A stretch of DNA of 52,813 bases from a virus (lineage: Duplodnaviria; Caudoviricetes), in the IMG/VR virus record IMGVR_UViG_3300037502_004181, positions 1-52,813 of that record. One strand, 5' to 3'. Under the pieces are notes generated by a model. It made no database searches. It saw nothing but the letters and a program-made list of their open reading frames with translations, and was not told where the DNA came from. The position numbers and the translations under genes were made by a program. Below are positions 26,181 through 35,943 of this stretch, piece after piece; position 1 is the stretch's first letter; each line of letters opens with the position of its first letter.

Positions 26181-27532
26181 CAGATGCCGCCTGCATTATC
26201 GATCATCAGAAACTCATCTTCCCAGGAACGCTCAGGAAGCTTGCCTGTGCCAATGTATGTCCAGTAAGACTCATTACTTACCTTGCCAGCCATTACCGCC
26301 TGCAGAAGCTGTGCAGCCATCTGCGGATCAACGTCTGCAACAACAAAGTCTGGTTTAACTGCGAACTTCACTTCATCTGGATCTATATCCATAAACTGAG
26401 CCGCAAATCTGAGACACTGCTCAACAGCCTCTGCCGCATTCATGACTACTGTGTGGAGGGTGGCCTGCTGATCATCCTGTCTGGCGCGCCGTGCGTCACC
26501 TGACTCAATGCCTCCTACGTCCATAACCTTAGCGCCTGACTCAAGAGCGGAGCTTCGTTGCGTGTCCATGGCTGACTTGATCTTTTCTATTCCGTTCCCT
26601 GTGATTTCCAGATAACCACATTGAGCATCCTGAGGAAGAGCCCAAGCTGCAGAAGGCCCGGTAACCCTAAGGTTCTGATCCTCACTCAGGCCTGAAACCC
26701 ATGGTTGCGGGTGCGCAGTTCGGTGCAAAGCTTGGTAATAGTCTGCTGATAACTCGTAGTATTTCAGAGCGGCTTTGGCCATTGACAACAAGGGGATTTC
26801 ATCAGGATCGGGAGAGTTATCAGTTGATCCGGAAAACACAATAGGGATGTAGTTCAGCCCACGTACCAGATCACCATTGGCGCCATACATTCCTGGACGC
26901 TTTTCTTCATCAACATCAGCTCCGGCTGAATTAACTACCCTGGCCCGGTATATTCCATCTTCAAGATCCAGCACTCGATAAACGGTTTCTGATTCGTGAC
27001 TAAACTCGTCAGAGCTTTTGCTTTTAAGCTCCTGTAGCACTGTCAGGGTTAGGTCTTTGCGGCCATCGACCAAGCTCTCTTTCCAGTTAGTGGCGTCTTT
27101 GGCACCATAAACAGCGACAAATGGCAGTTGGTTATCGTCAACATCCACCAGCAACACATTGCGGCCATATCCAAGAGATGCAGCTACAGTTCTCTGAAAG
27201 AGCTGAACAAGCCCGAATCCATCTGCAGTAGCATTCTCCCGCATGGACTCCATTCGATCAGGCAGTACTATCTCAGGCGTTAGACGAGAAACAAGGCCCA
27301 TCATGGTTCTGAGCCCGTCTTTCACCCAGTGCGGATACTCGGCTCGGTGGAGGTAGCTTTTGTAAATATAGGCGTTATCTTGGCTTACTCTCTCAGCCTC
27401 CATCATCCCTTCGGTTTTTCTCAGCCGATTTGGGTTAGCCTTTACTGCATCTTCGCCTTCAAGGGCTTCGGCCATGATGTCCCAGTCACTTTCCATTTTC
27501 TTGTAAAGCGGGTGCAAGCTTGTAACTGGCAT
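26180..27532 (-). CDS. Portal protein (DUF4055-like)
   Basis: Between terminase and minor head gene; HPLY, YLHRAEYP, IPIVF, IPLLSMA; start likely 27532. Confidence 0.8.
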   Translation of the reverse strand: MPVTSLHPLYKKMESDWDIMAEALEGEDAVKANPNRLRKTEGMMEAERVSQDNAYIYKSYLHRAEYPHWVKDGLRTMMGLVSRLTPEIVLPDRMESMRENATADGFGLVQLFQRTVAASLGYGRNVLLVDVDDNQLPFVAVYGAKDATNWKESLVDGRKDLTLTVLQELKSKSSDEFSHESETVYRVLDLEDGIYRARVVNSAGADVDEEKRPGMYGANGDLVRGLNYIPIVFSGSTDNSPDPDEIPLLSMAKAALKYYELSADYYQALHRTAHPQPWVSGLSEDQNLRVTGPSAAWALPQDAQCGYLEITGNGIEKIKSAMDTQRSSALESGAKVMDVGGIESGDARRARQDDQQATLHTVVMNAAEAVEQCLRFAAQFMDIDPDEVKFAVKPDFVVADVDPQMAAQLLQAVMAGKVSNESYWTYIGTGKLPERSWEDEFLMIDNAGGI

Positions 27533-27533
27533 T

Positions 27534-28871
27534 TTATAAACCTCTGACTTGTAGAGTTCCGACAACTTTTTTGTTGATAGGCCACTCGACATCAATGCAA
27601 TAGCCTATGGCCGTTGTGATGTGCTGGTACTCATTTTTCTGGTCTTCTTGGAAGGTTGAACCCTTCTGAAGTTGAACTGTTGAAAGCCCCTTGTCACACC
27701 ATTTGGCTGTCACAGGGTTAACAAACAGGCTGCGGTGCCCGTCTGCAGTACATATCTTGGCTCTGACCGCGTTTTGCCTATCTTTAATGGCTGGGTGTGC
27801 TGGCTTTACCTTCCTGGTGTAGCGCCAGCCATTGGCCTTAAGAACGCCTTCAATATCGGTGTAGTCAGATGCGTGGCCATGCTTCTCACCAGCCTTGCCT
27901 GCAGGGTCTCCGTATATCAAAACGTGCTTGTTCTGGTGATTCTTGAACTTCTCAACGAATTCCATAGCGGACTGCTTTGAAATCGCACTTGTTAGAACAA
28001 TCTCATCGAGCAGGTAGAGATCCTTTCCGTCGTTTCTCCTAACTCCGATAGCAGAAGAAAGCGGCGTGTAGTTCTGGTCATGCATCCACATAAGCTGTTC
28101 ATGCGGTTTGATCCGCTCAGTTGTGTGATTCGCCTTGCTGTAGTCTTCGTATATTCGACCACTTGCTGTCTCAAAACTGGCTTCAAATTCTTGCCTGTAT
28201 TGCTTGAGTGACATGGCGCGCTTCATGGCGTCAATCACATCGGGAGGCAAAATCTCTGCTGATTTCCAGTGGAATACCCTAAAGTTTGGATCCTCACCTG
28301 AATCAGCTTTATGGCACAGGTCGTAGTAATGGTTTAGGCCATCAGGAACCCCAAGCAGCCAGCACCAGGCTCGATAATCAGGGTCCAATGGGTTAACAGT
28401 GTTAAGCGCCGGCAGGATGTTAGCCTCCCAGGCGTCAGGCTTAACATCGGCAAACTCGTCAATGCCACCACCCTTCCATGGGATCCCCTCAATACGCTGA
28501 GGCTTATCTAGCCCGAAAACATGAATTTCACTGCCGTTCGGCAAGTAAATTATCCTGTCTGACTCTGATGGCCGCTTAGGGTGCATGCACGAAAGCGTGA
28601 AAGCTTTCAGGTCATCCCAAAAAATCTTCTTTGCCTGGTCATGCGTTGGGGCTGCTGCAAAATACTGCCCTACCACCGCATTGGCCTGCTTTACCAGGAA
28701 GCGCTTAAATCTTTCTGTCTTTCCGCTACGGCGCCCGGCAGGAACAAGTGGGAACCTGATTCCACTTGGGACAGCGGCTATCAGGGCCAACTGTACCGGG
28801 TGATCCTTAAGCTCGTACCAGCGAGAAAGCTGCCTATCTAACAGCAAGTTTCCAGTTGTTAGCTGCACCAT
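27534..28871 (-). CDS. Terminase large subunit
   Basis: Walker A AGRRSGKT, Walker B GGIDEFAD, YRQEFEASF, IYGDPAG. Confidence 0.92.
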   Translation of the reverse strand: MVQLTTGNLLLDRQLSRWYELKDHPVQLALIAAVPSGIRFPLVPAGRRSGKTERFKRFLVKQANAVVGQYFAAAPTHDQAKKIFWDDLKAFTLSCMHPKRPSESDRIIYLPNGSEIHVFGLDKPQRIEGIPWKGGGIDEFADVKPDAWEANILPALNTVNPLDPDYRAWCWLLGVPDGLNHYYDLCHKADSGEDPNFRVFHWKSAEILPPDVIDAMKRAMSLKQYRQEFEASFETASGRIYEDYSKANHTTERIKPHEQLMWMHDQNYTPLSSAIGVRRNDGKDLYLLDEIVLTSAISKQSAMEFVEKFKNHQNKHVLIYGDPAGKAGEKHGHASDYTDIEGVLKANGWRYTRKVKPAHPAIKDRQNAVRAKICTADGHRSLFVNPVTAKWCDKGLSTVQLQKGSTFQEDQKNEYQHITTAIGYCIDVEWPINKKVVGTLQVRGL

Positions 28872-28873
28872 GA

Positions 28874-29401
28874 CTACCCCGGCAGCTTGTCTATAAGCTT
28901 CCCGAGAACGTCTGTCATGTCGTCGTTGCCGTCACTTGACTTGGCGATCATCTCAGCGCGTTTAGATTCAAGATCCCCAATTCGCCCTAGTAGAGTATTG
29001 ATAATTCCCTCGTACTCTCTGCGCTTGCGCTTTACTGTCGTCCTTCCGGCTGGAACATCTACACCTTCGGGAACTTCTATATCCTCTCCACCGCTCGAGG
29101 TGATTTCCTCAAACAGTTCAAGGTTGTCACCATCATCAGCCTTGTTCTGAGCCTTTAATGCTCGAAGAAGCTGAAGCTTTGCCACTTTTATCTCTTCATC
29201 AATGTTCCCGACCTCGATCGAATCGTAAATCTCCAATTCCTCAGGGATCATTGCCTTGGAATAAATGCCGTGTTTTCTGGCGTTCTGGTTACCCTTTGGA
29301 GCACCAGGGCTTGTTCCACCGTGCATCCTGCAGCGGCCATTCGCCATAGCCTTGCCTCTACACGGCTTACCGCTGCGAGTTTTAGCGCCACATAGTTTCA
29401 T
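28874..29401 (-). CDS. Terminase small subunit (HGGxSTG-like N-terminus)
   Basis: CGAKTRSGKPC...RCRMHGGTSPGAPKGNQNARKHGIYS directly upstream of the large subunit. Confidence 0.8.
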   Translation of the reverse strand: MKLCGAKTRSGKPCRGKAMANGRCRMHGGTSPGAPKGNQNARKHGIYSKAMIPEELEIYDSIEVGNIDEEIKVAKLQLLRALKAQNKADDGDNLELFEEITSSGGEDIEVPEGVDVPAGRTTVKRKRREYEGIINTLLGRIGDLESKRAEMIAKSSDGNDDMTDVLGKLIDKLPG

Positions 29402-29549
29402 GTGCTAGCCTCGCTTTCGTTAGGGGTTGTTTCGAGAAAAAAGGTAGTGTTTTGTTTTTGAGACAGTGCGCGCGGCATTATCTTCTGTTGTTTTCTGTAA
29501 AGTCTTTATTATTCAAATAATTAAAAACCTGATCGGTTAAGTATTTGAA

Positions 29550-29813
29550 TTACCGCTCTGCGCACTCGTCACCTTTAACTTGGCGCATCCTGGCTTCGTG
29601 GAATTCCCTCTCCATCAAACGCCTTTCATTATTCAGCTTGATTGCAGCTATCCAGTGCCGAAACTGAACCACACCAAGGACAATAGTCGTCAAAATACCG
29701 ATTAGAATTGCTATGTTGTTTAGTGACAACCACCCGCCAATGGCTGTTGACAGTGAAGCTACGTATGTCCAGAACGGCGTTGATTTGTCCATAATCTTCT
29801 CGACTATTCTCAT
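29550..29813 (-). CDS. Holin
   Basis: Two hydrophobic segments and a charged C-terminus; GGAGG before ATG 29813, second ATG at 29792. Confidence 0.65.
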   Translation of the reverse strand: MRIVEKIMDKSTPFWTYVASLSTAIGGWLSLNNIAILIGILTTIVLGVVQFRHWIAAIKLNNERRLMEREFHEARMRQVKGDECAER

Positions 29814-29844
29814 GGTGTTGGCCTCCGGTGGTGGCCCTATCGTT

Positions 29845-30120
29845 TCAGTTGGCTTTCTTTGACTCTCTCCAGTCGCGCAATGCCTTCCAGTCCACATTGC
29901 AGCGAACTAAAGCAGCAATAGCCTGGTTTGAGTACCTATAGAGCTCTTGATTGGTTTTGCCCTGGTATACTGGGATTTCGCATCGACTCATCAGAGACTC
30001 TGGCGGTAGCACATACACTGTTTCCGTTACGGTTACTGTCCGCACAATAGGAGTTGTGCCAGAGCAGCCGATTAAGCTCATCAGGAACAGCAGTGACAGC
30101 CCAAGCCTGTGCGTCTTCAT
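29845..30120 (-). CDS. o-spanin lipoprotein (Rz1-like)
   Basis: MKTHRLGLSLLFLMSLIGC lipobox, LPPESLMSRC; overlaps the i-spanin in another frame. Confidence 0.8.
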   Translation of the reverse strand: MKTHRLGLSLLFLMSLIGCSGTTPIVRTVTVTETVYVLPPESLMSRCEIPVYQGKTNQELYRYSNQAIAALVRCNVDWKALRDWRESKKAN

Positions 30121-30454
30121 CTTCCGGATCCTCGAGTAGTTCTCTTGTGGCCTGTTCGACAGCTTCAGCATTATCAGATGCTGCTAACCTGTCCCGCTCC
30201 CTGTCACCAAGTATTCGTTCAAGCCTGTCGGCATTGAGTCGCAAATCCGCTTTATCCTTCTCAGCTCTCAGCAGCTGTTTGGTGAGCAGATCCGCATCAA
30301 GCTGCAGCTGGGACTTCTGCAGTTCGGACGATTCGAGATTTGCCTTTGCAGTATCTAGGCTGGCGTTTGCCATCGATAAGGCGAAGACTAAACTCACGAC
30401 GATGAGCAACAGCAGGACCGTAGCCGGGCCCAACAGACGGTTTAAAGGGTTCAT
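29936..30454 (-). CDS. i-spanin (Rz-like)
   Basis: N-terminal TM helix, coiled coil, WAVTAVPDELNRLL. Confidence 0.8.
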   Translation of the reverse strand: MNPLNRLLGPATVLLLLIVVSLVFALSMANASLDTAKANLESSELQKSQLQLDADLLTKQLLRAEKDKADLRLNADRLERILGDRERDRLAASDNAEAVEQATRELLEDPEDEDAQAWAVTAVPDELNRLLWHNSYCADSNRNGNSVCATARVSDESMRNPSIPGQNQSRAL

Positions 30455-30950
30455 TGGCGTTTCCTTTCAGGTTTGATAAACAAAGTTCGCGCTCTTTTGC
30501 GCGGCGATTAACTAGGCCATTTAGTTTGCGGCCTTTGGAGTAAACCCAGCGCGTGAGCTCGTTACATGCGCCAATGTGGTCACCGGCCAGCAACTTTTTG
30601 CGCAAGGTCGAGGTGCGGAACGCCTCGGCGCCGACGTTGTAGACGAAACTGAGGTAAGCGGCATTTTCGCCTTCCGTAAGTTTCACCCCGTCGGTGAGGC
30701 GCAACAGCTGGCGATTATAGGTAGCCAGATTGTCTGCCAGTTGATCCAGGCAGTACTCCATTGAACGAGGTTGCCCAGGCTCCTGCCCGTCGGCTCTCTG
30801 GCCGAAACACTCTGTTACGATGCCAACAGGGTCAACATATGTTCCAAGCACCAAACCTTCATGCTCAGCAATAAAAACGCCACCGGTTAGGGTGGCGCCA
30901 GATAAACCAGCAGCGATGAGATAGAGTCGTAATTTTTTCAACTTGACCAC
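30297..30950 (-). CDS. Endolysin, T4-type lysozyme (GH24) with probable SAR anchor
   Basis: Gly/Ala-rich N-terminal hydrophobic segment; E-x8-D-x5-T triad (EGLVLGTYVDPVGIVT); FVYNVG, GLVNRRAKERELC. Confidence 0.9.
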   Translation of the reverse strand: MVKLKKLRLYLIAAGLSGATLTGGVFIAEHEGLVLGTYVDPVGIVTECFGQRADGQEPGQPRSMEYCLDQLADNLATYNRQLLRLTDGVKLTEGENAAYLSFVYNVGAEAFRTSTLRKKLLAGDHIGACNELTRWVYSKGRKLNGLVNRRAKERELCLSNLKGNANEPFKPSVGPGYGPAVAHRREFSLRLIDGKRQPRYCKGKSRIVRTAEVPAAA

Positions 30951-30952
30951 AT

Positions 30953-31080
30953 AAACAAAAAGCCCCTGAGTTACCCGAGGCCAGAAACGAAAAAACCGCC
31001 CAAATAAGGCGGTTTTCAGTGCTCAATGGGTTTTATCCCATCCTTGGGGCAATTTAATCACTATTAGTTAAATCTGTCAA
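30953..31080 (-). promoter_or_regulatory. Late promoter (lambda pR'-like) with pause element and tandem terminators
   Basis: TTGACA-18-TAAATT-GCCCC-AAGGATGGG (lambda pR' reads TTGACT..TAAATT..AACGATGGG), then two hairpin-T-tract terminators before the endolysin gene. Confidence 0.75.
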
Positions 31081-31475
31081 CATTTGCTCCAATAAGTCCT
31101 TGCTTTATAAATTATCGCAAGTCGCTGGCTAGGAGACATCTGCTTGATGGTCTCTATAAACAATTTTGATTGTTGTTCATCGCCCAAAAAATCCCTCACT
31201 TGATCGTCGAACTCGCATCCTTGCTCAATGTGCCAGGGAAGCATGTTAATCTCTTGGTTAATATCTGGGTGTGGAGCATACCCATTGAAACAGCAGTATA
31301 TCGCGTTCCACTGGTTTTCCTGCATCTCAGGCATGGCTTCTTTAATAAGCAGCTGGTATTGCTCAGCCATTGCGTTAATGCTTCCTGACCAGTTTACATC
31401 GCCTGCATCACTCAACGCTTTGCAGGTCTCTATTGTTGCGTCAGTCAAGCGAACTGATTTTTTTATTGATGCCAT
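31077..31475 (-). CDS. Hypothetical protein, possible RHH-like N-terminus
   Basis: AAGGA RBS; MASIKKSVRLTD; stop codon overlaps the -35 of the late promoter. Confidence 0.6.
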   Translation of the reverse strand: MASIKKSVRLTDATIETCKALSDAGDVNWSGSINAMAEQYQLLIKEAMPEMQENQWNAIYCCFNGYAPHPDINQEINMLPWHIEQGCEFDDQVRDFLGDEQQSKLFIETIKQMSPSQRLAIIYKARTYWSKC

Positions 31476-31548
31476 TCTATTTTCCTTAACGACGTATTTT
31501 TTCTGAGGTAAAACATAAAAAGGCCGCATTATGCGGCCCTATTGAATA

Positions 31549-31746
31549 TTAGCTACGACTTATGGTTTCTTCGCCCCAGTACAGCTCATCTTCTTCCGTC
31601 TTGGAGAACGCGATGTCTATAATTCTATCATCGCCATCTTCCCAGATTTGCTGAGCTTTGTTCTCATCGCCTTGGGCAAGCTCAAAAATTGCCTCAACTA
31701 CTTCGATTGATGTTTCGCGAGATACTGCCCATTCGTTGATATTCAT
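31549..31746 (-). CDS. YccJ-like protein
   Basis: EWAVSRETSIEVVEAIFELA..DE..AQQIWEDG...AFSKT..D.LYWGEETI matches my recollection of E. coli YccJ. Confidence 0.7.
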   Translation of the reverse strand: MNINEWAVSRETSIEVVEAIFELAQGDENKAQQIWEDGDDRIIDIAFSKTEEDELYWGEETISRS

Positions 31747-31851
31747 GATTCGTTCCTCTTACTTTCGCCCTGCATTTAGCGGGCTTCTCAGTTGGTTTGT
31801 TTGCACTCGTTCTTGAGTACGGCTTAATTATGTCGCACCCATATCGCACTG

Positions 31852-32046
31852 TCAATGGCTTTCGTTGGTATTTTTAGGAATGTTGTCACTTTTTTGACTT
31901 TGAAGAACTCCAAGTACAATGATATCGAACTGGTGAGGCCTGGTTTTGAATGTGTTCCTGATGTTCTGAGGTGTGCAACCCCAGGCATCAGTTATTTGTT
32001 GTAGGCTCTTAGCACCAAGCTCCTTTGCTCTTTTAGCTGCGGTCAC
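31852..32046 (-). CDS. Small hypothetical, HTH-like protein
   Basis: GGAGG RBS; AKELGAKSLQQITDAWGCTPQNIRN. Confidence 0.55.
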   Translation of the reverse strand: MTAAKRAKELGAKSLQQITDAWGCTPQNIRNTFKTRPHQFDIIVLGVLQSQKSDNIPKNTNESH

Positions 32047-32060
32047 TGCTAGCCCTCCAA

Positions 32061-32420
32061 TTATGCTGGGATGTTTTTGTTAACGTGACGAACCACCATG
32101 CTGGCGAAGGCCACTTCTGGAGTTTCCATTGATTTACCCTCAACGGCGCACTCTAACATCAGCGAGTCCAGTTTATTTTCAATGATGGCAACTGCGTCAT
32201 CGCCGTTAAAGATCGCTTCCAGCTTTTCAATTTCAACCAGTTGCTGACGGTACAGAGGAGCAAATTTGCTTGGCTTCCCTCTTGCAGCTTCTTTTTCCAG
32301 TGTTTTTTCCAGCTTCTCGGCGATATCAGCTTTCAGGCCTGGCATAAATTCTGCGAAAAATGCGTTTGCTTTTGCTGCGATGTCTTTTGCGTATGATACT
32401 TGCTTCTCTGTGCCTTTCAT
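32061..32420 (-). CDS. Hypothetical protein
   Basis: GGAG RBS; MKGTEKQVSYAKDI motif seen in phage hypotheticals. Confidence 0.6.
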   Translation of the reverse strand: MKGTEKQVSYAKDIAAKANAFFAEFMPGLKADIAEKLEKTLEKEAARGKPSKFAPLYRQQLVEIEKLEAIFNGDDAVAIIENKLDSLMLECAVEGKSMETPEVAFASMVVRHVNKNIPA

Positions 32421-32489
32421 TTTCTTATCTCCGTTGCGGTTGGCGTTTTGCCTCCCCATGAGTTAATAGTAGCAAATCTATTTTCCTTT

Positions 32490-32699
32490 TCAAGCCTTTT
32501 TGGAAAAAATATTTTCTTTATTTAGAAGCCCGGCTTTTGCCAGAGCTCTCGCTATTCCGTCAGCACTGGTTGTTCGGCAGCTCCGTATTACCTCAATGGC
32601 CTCGGATAATACATCGTGACAAGCTGGATTGCTCGATGCTGCATTCTGTCGCCTGGTTATGTTGTCGAATGCCTCCCTCTCTTCTGGTGTCTCTATCAT
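32490..32699 (-). CDS. Hypothetical protein
   Basis: ATGA overlap with the Q stop. Confidence 0.45.
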   Translation of the reverse strand: MIETPEEREAFDNITRRQNAASSNPACHDVLSEAIEVIRSCRTTSADGIARALAKAGLLNKENIFSKKA

Positions 32700-33277
32700 G
32701 CTGCACACTCCCCGGCCTCAATTCTAAGCAGCCTCTTGCATTCCCGTTCAGCGTCCCAAGACTCACGATGCAGCGCATCAACCGCAGAAGAAAACGTATC
32801 GTAAAACCCTGCTCTGAACTCTTCCTCTGTGACTTCTCTTTCAAGCTGTCTTCCCAGCTCGCCGGCAAGCGCTTTACAGTCCATGATGATACGCCCAACC
32901 CCGAAGCACTTCCGACACTCAAGCTGTCGCCGTGGCCCTTCCCTGTTAGTATGCGTATACCCGCGCCCATTGCACTTTGGGCAAACATTGGTGCCGCACA
33001 CTTCATGAATTACCATCTTCGACATGGCCTTGGCCACAGTCAGCTCCATGCCATCGCTAAGCAAAGCGCTTTTGATGGTTTCACGCAGAGTAAAGGCAGA
33101 CTGCTCAATCCCCGATATACTCGCCTCAAGCACTTTAACCCCAACGGGGAATTTCGACTGTGCCTGGGCAATAAGATTCTCTGCATCGTTCCGGCTGAAT
33201 ACGCCGCGTCCCTGGATAATTTGAACAGGCATACCGCTTGGTGAAATCAGTAAAAACAGTTTCTCGATAGATATCAT
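32696..33277 (-). CDS. Late antiterminator, lambda Q family
   Basis: CPKCNGRG...ECRKCFGVG zinc finger, lambda-Q-like length and ends, located upstream of the lysis genes. Confidence 0.8.
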   Translation of the reverse strand: MISIEKLFLLISPSGMPVQIIQGRGVFSRNDAENLIAQAQSKFPVGVKVLEASISGIEQSAFTLRETIKSALLSDGMELTVAKAMSKMVIHEVCGTNVCPKCNGRGYTHTNREGPRRQLECRKCFGVGRIIMDCKALAGELGRQLEREVTEEEFRAGFYDTFSSAVDALHRESWDAERECKRLLRIEAGECAA

Positions 33278-33289
33278 GGCGTCCTCCGG

Positions 33290-33976
33290 TTAGAACTTTC
33301 GCTCTTTTTCCATGCGGCGTAGACACTGTTCGACAGTCTCTCCTGGTAGCATGTCGTAACTGCAACCAATGCATCCTCCCTTCCAGCTTCCAGCCTCTTC
33401 TCCAACCTCTCCTGAAAATGATATGTCGATGCTGCGGCGGATCATTCTAGATAAACGAAACCACTTGCGATGCCATTGCCATAATTCTTCAGTACATGTT
33501 GCTTTTACTTTCTGTATGTCACCGTTGTTCAGAATATATGTGTAATCAAAAACCTCTTTCTTTGCTTGTGGCATATCATAGCTATATGTCTCAAATTCAC
33601 CGCTATCAGTTTTTACTAGATGAAAATCAAACTCCCAAGACACGAATGGAATATCCCACGATTTATAAAGATCCCCCCATCTCCATACAAAAGATTTTTC
33701 ATAGTACATCAGCCCATAAGTAAGCCATTCACATGATTCCTCTCGCTTTGTTTTAAATGGCAGCACTATATGAAATGCACCCCACAAAAAGCAGATGTTT
33801 ATTGAATAGTTCTGGCTAAAGTACCCACCTTGGTTCAACTGGAGTTCTAGCCCAAGCCTAGGCGCGAAATAGCCCCACTTGAAGTCGATTGAATCTTTAT
33901 TGATGCGCCACATAGTGGTTAGTTTTGCGAATAAACGCTGTGCCGAGTTAAATTCGTGTTTATAGGTTTCTTTCAT
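33290..33976 (-). CDS. Hypothetical phage protein (Trp-rich)
   Basis: 228 aa ORF with RBS, AT-richer than its neighbours. Confidence 0.65.
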   Translation of the reverse strand: MKETYKHEFNSAQRLFAKLTTMWRINKDSIDFKWGYFAPRLGLELQLNQGGYFSQNYSINICFLWGAFHIVLPFKTKREESCEWLTYGLMYYEKSFVWRWGDLYKSWDIPFVSWEFDFHLVKTDSGEFETYSYDMPQAKKEVFDYTYILNNGDIQKVKATCTEELWQWHRKWFRLSRMIRRSIDISFSGEVGEEAGSWKGGCIGCSYDMLPGETVEQCLRRMEKERKF

Positions 33977-33993
33977 GGTTCATCCCCTGTTAT

Positions 33994-34530
33994 TTAGCAG
34001 CAAAGTAATAGCGCTGGGTATTGCTTCCCAATCGGTGCAAACGGGATGTCATCATCCCAACCTTCCCCCAGATCAGGCGTGTAGTTTTGTGGTTGTGGTT
34101 GTTGTTGCTGCTGAGGCTTTGGCGCATAACCTTGGTTTTGCTTAGGCACTGGCATTTGGTTGCCGCCATGCTGATGGTTTTCAGGACGGCTGCCGAGCAT
34201 CTGCATCGTTCCACGCTGGTCAATCACGACCTCAGTAGTGAATCGCTCGACTCCAGAGCTATCTTTCCACTTGCGGGTCTGCAGCTTGCCTTCCAGGTAC
34301 ACTTGCGAACCTTTACGCAGGTACTCACCGGCAATTTCGGCCAGCTTCCCGTACATGACGACCCTGTGCCACTCGGTACGCTCTTGCTGTTGGCCCTGTT
34401 GGTCCTTCCATGACTCACTGGTGGCCACGGTGATATTTGCTACGGCGTTTCCGTTGGTCATGAAGCGAACCTCAGGATCCTGACCAAGGTTTCCAACCAG
34501 AATGACTTTGTTAACCCCTCTACTGGACAT
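33994..34530 (-). CDS. ssb: Single-stranded DNA-binding protein
   Basis: [34 protein letters not shown]. Confidence 0.95.
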   Translation of the reverse strand: MSSRGVNKVILVGNLGQDPEVRFMTNGNAVANITVATSESWKDQQGQQQERTEWHRVVMYGKLAEIAGEYLRKGSQVYLEGKLQTRKWKDSSGVERFTTEVVIDQRGTMQMLGSRPENHQHGGNQMPVPKQNQGYAPKPQQQQQPQPQNYTPDLGEGWDDDIPFAPIGKQYPALLLCC

Positions 34531-34717
34531 TTTTGGTATCTCCTGAAATAGTTCTAGCCTCTATGTGCGTAGCTGCCAATACAGCGTTCTCAGAACCATC
34601 AGCATTACGGCATGCTAATGATTCAAATATGACCTCTTTGAGCACCACACCGTGCGCCTGCTTGCATTCATTGAAAGCGTCATCAAGAATTTGTTTAATT
34701 GATTTAGCCATACCCAC
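34520..34717 (-). CDS. Hypothetical protein
   Basis: Fills the gap in the operon; GAGG RBS. Confidence 0.5.
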   Translation of the reverse strand: MGMAKSIKQILDDAFNECKQAHGVVLKEVIFESLACRNADGSENAVLAATHIEARTISGDTKNVQ

Positions 34718-34718
34718 C

Positions 34719-35021
34719 TCACCCTATCTGAATTAACCCGGCCTCAAACAGCCGCTCTTGTGTTTCTTCAAGCGCTCTCAGCTTTTCAGCATCCAAGTAC
34801 TCTGTGTCCATAATCCGGGTGCGCCTGTCGATCTCGTCATGACACGAGCTGCATGCATACACCCCGAAGTAATCATCACACTTGATACCCATTCCACGGC
34901 GCCGGCCGACATGAGCAAAAACCACTGTCTGCGGATCATGGTTGCAAATACCTGGCAACCTGAGAGTGCAGTTTTGCCCATTTGCGCTATCAGTTATCTT
35001 CTTGCTACGAGCTGTCATCAT
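34719..35021 (-). CDS. DUF1364 / YbcO-like putative nuclease
   Basis: SANGQNCTLRLPGICNHDPQTVVFAH...ACSSCHDEID. Confidence 0.8.
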   Translation of the reverse strand: MMTARSKKITDSANGQNCTLRLPGICNHDPQTVVFAHVGRRRGMGIKCDDYFGVYACSSCHDEIDRRTRIMDTEYLDAEKLRALEETQERLFEAGLIQIG

Positions 35022-35491
35022 GCATACCTCAGCAACTGCTCAACGGCCGCGTCCACCTCAGCCGATGATTTGAATTTCCCGAATAAAACGTGAGCCAGCA
35101 GTACATCAATCGTCGCGCTGTACAGCCCTGAAAACTCGTCTTCACCCATACTTGCGAAGCTTATGGACTTAGCCCTTACCCTCACGCTGCCGTCCGGGTA
35201 CCCAACAACGTCATAAAACCCAGCCTGAACCGCAATCCAGCGCCTGAACTCATCAAAGTTCTTGGCCGGTGTTAACTGATGGCCGCGATACTTGACCGGT
35301 TTAGGTTCGAAGTAGTCGAAAGCCAAATTGAGCAGCGACATGTATTTTCGGTGAAACTGCGGGTTGCGATCCTTCTTGAACTTGCCCCGGGCTATCTCAC
35401 CGATTTTCATCTTCTGAACATAATCCGCATCGTTAGCAGCAAGCGGTGCCAACTGGCCAGTGGCAGTTTTAATCAGAGCGAGTTCTGCCAT
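35018..35491 (-). CDS. DUF1367-family protein
   Basis: RNPQFHRKYMSLLNLAFDYFEP and AKSISFASMGEDEF. Confidence 0.8.
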   Translation of the reverse strand: MAELALIKTATGQLAPLAANDADYVQKMKIGEIARGKFKKDRNPQFHRKYMSLLNLAFDYFEPKPVKYRGHQLTPAKNFDEFRRWIAVQAGFYDVVGYPDGSVRVRAKSISFASMGEDEFSGLYSATIDVLLAHVLFGKFKSSAEVDAAVEQLLRYA

Positions 35492-35943
35492 GATTTCACC
35501 TCTGTATTTCCCCATAGCGCTATCAAAGCCGCGTCTCGACTGTCTGTGTTGCTTCGCCCTGTCCACCCGGTCAGCTTGTTGAAGTAAGCACCGTTTTTCT
35601 TGGCCTGCATCTTCACTTTTCCACGCAGCGGTTTGACCATGACGGGGGTGATCCCCTTGCTCTTGAGTTGCTCGACAATGTCCCTACCAGACTGTTTCAC
35701 CTGTCCGACGTTCTGCGCGATTTTTAGCATTTCAGCTCTACTAGCACCTGGTCTGGCGTAAGTAGGTTTTGAGGCCTCCACGTCCTCAATCTTGACGATA
35801 AGCTGATGGGTTGCAGCCAAACTGACTATGTGCTCAATCAGCTCAGGCTGTGGCATGCTACGCAGCTCAATGATTTTCTGCCCATGGGTAAGCGCGAAAC
35901 CAGGCTTGCTCGCGTCTGGGTCTATTCCAACCACGTAATTCAT
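35473..35943 (-). CDS. RuvC-like putative Holliday junction resolvase
   Basis: VGIDPD, KIED and RDAALIA acidic motifs. Confidence 0.65.
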   Translation of the reverse strand: MNYVVGIDPDASKPGFALTHGQKIIELRSMPQPELIEHIVSLAATHQLIVKIEDVEASKPTYARPGASRAEMLKIAQNVGQVKQSGRDIVEQLKSKGITPVMVKPLRGKVKMQAKKNGAYFNKLTGWTGRSNTDSRDAALIALWGNTEVKSWQNSL

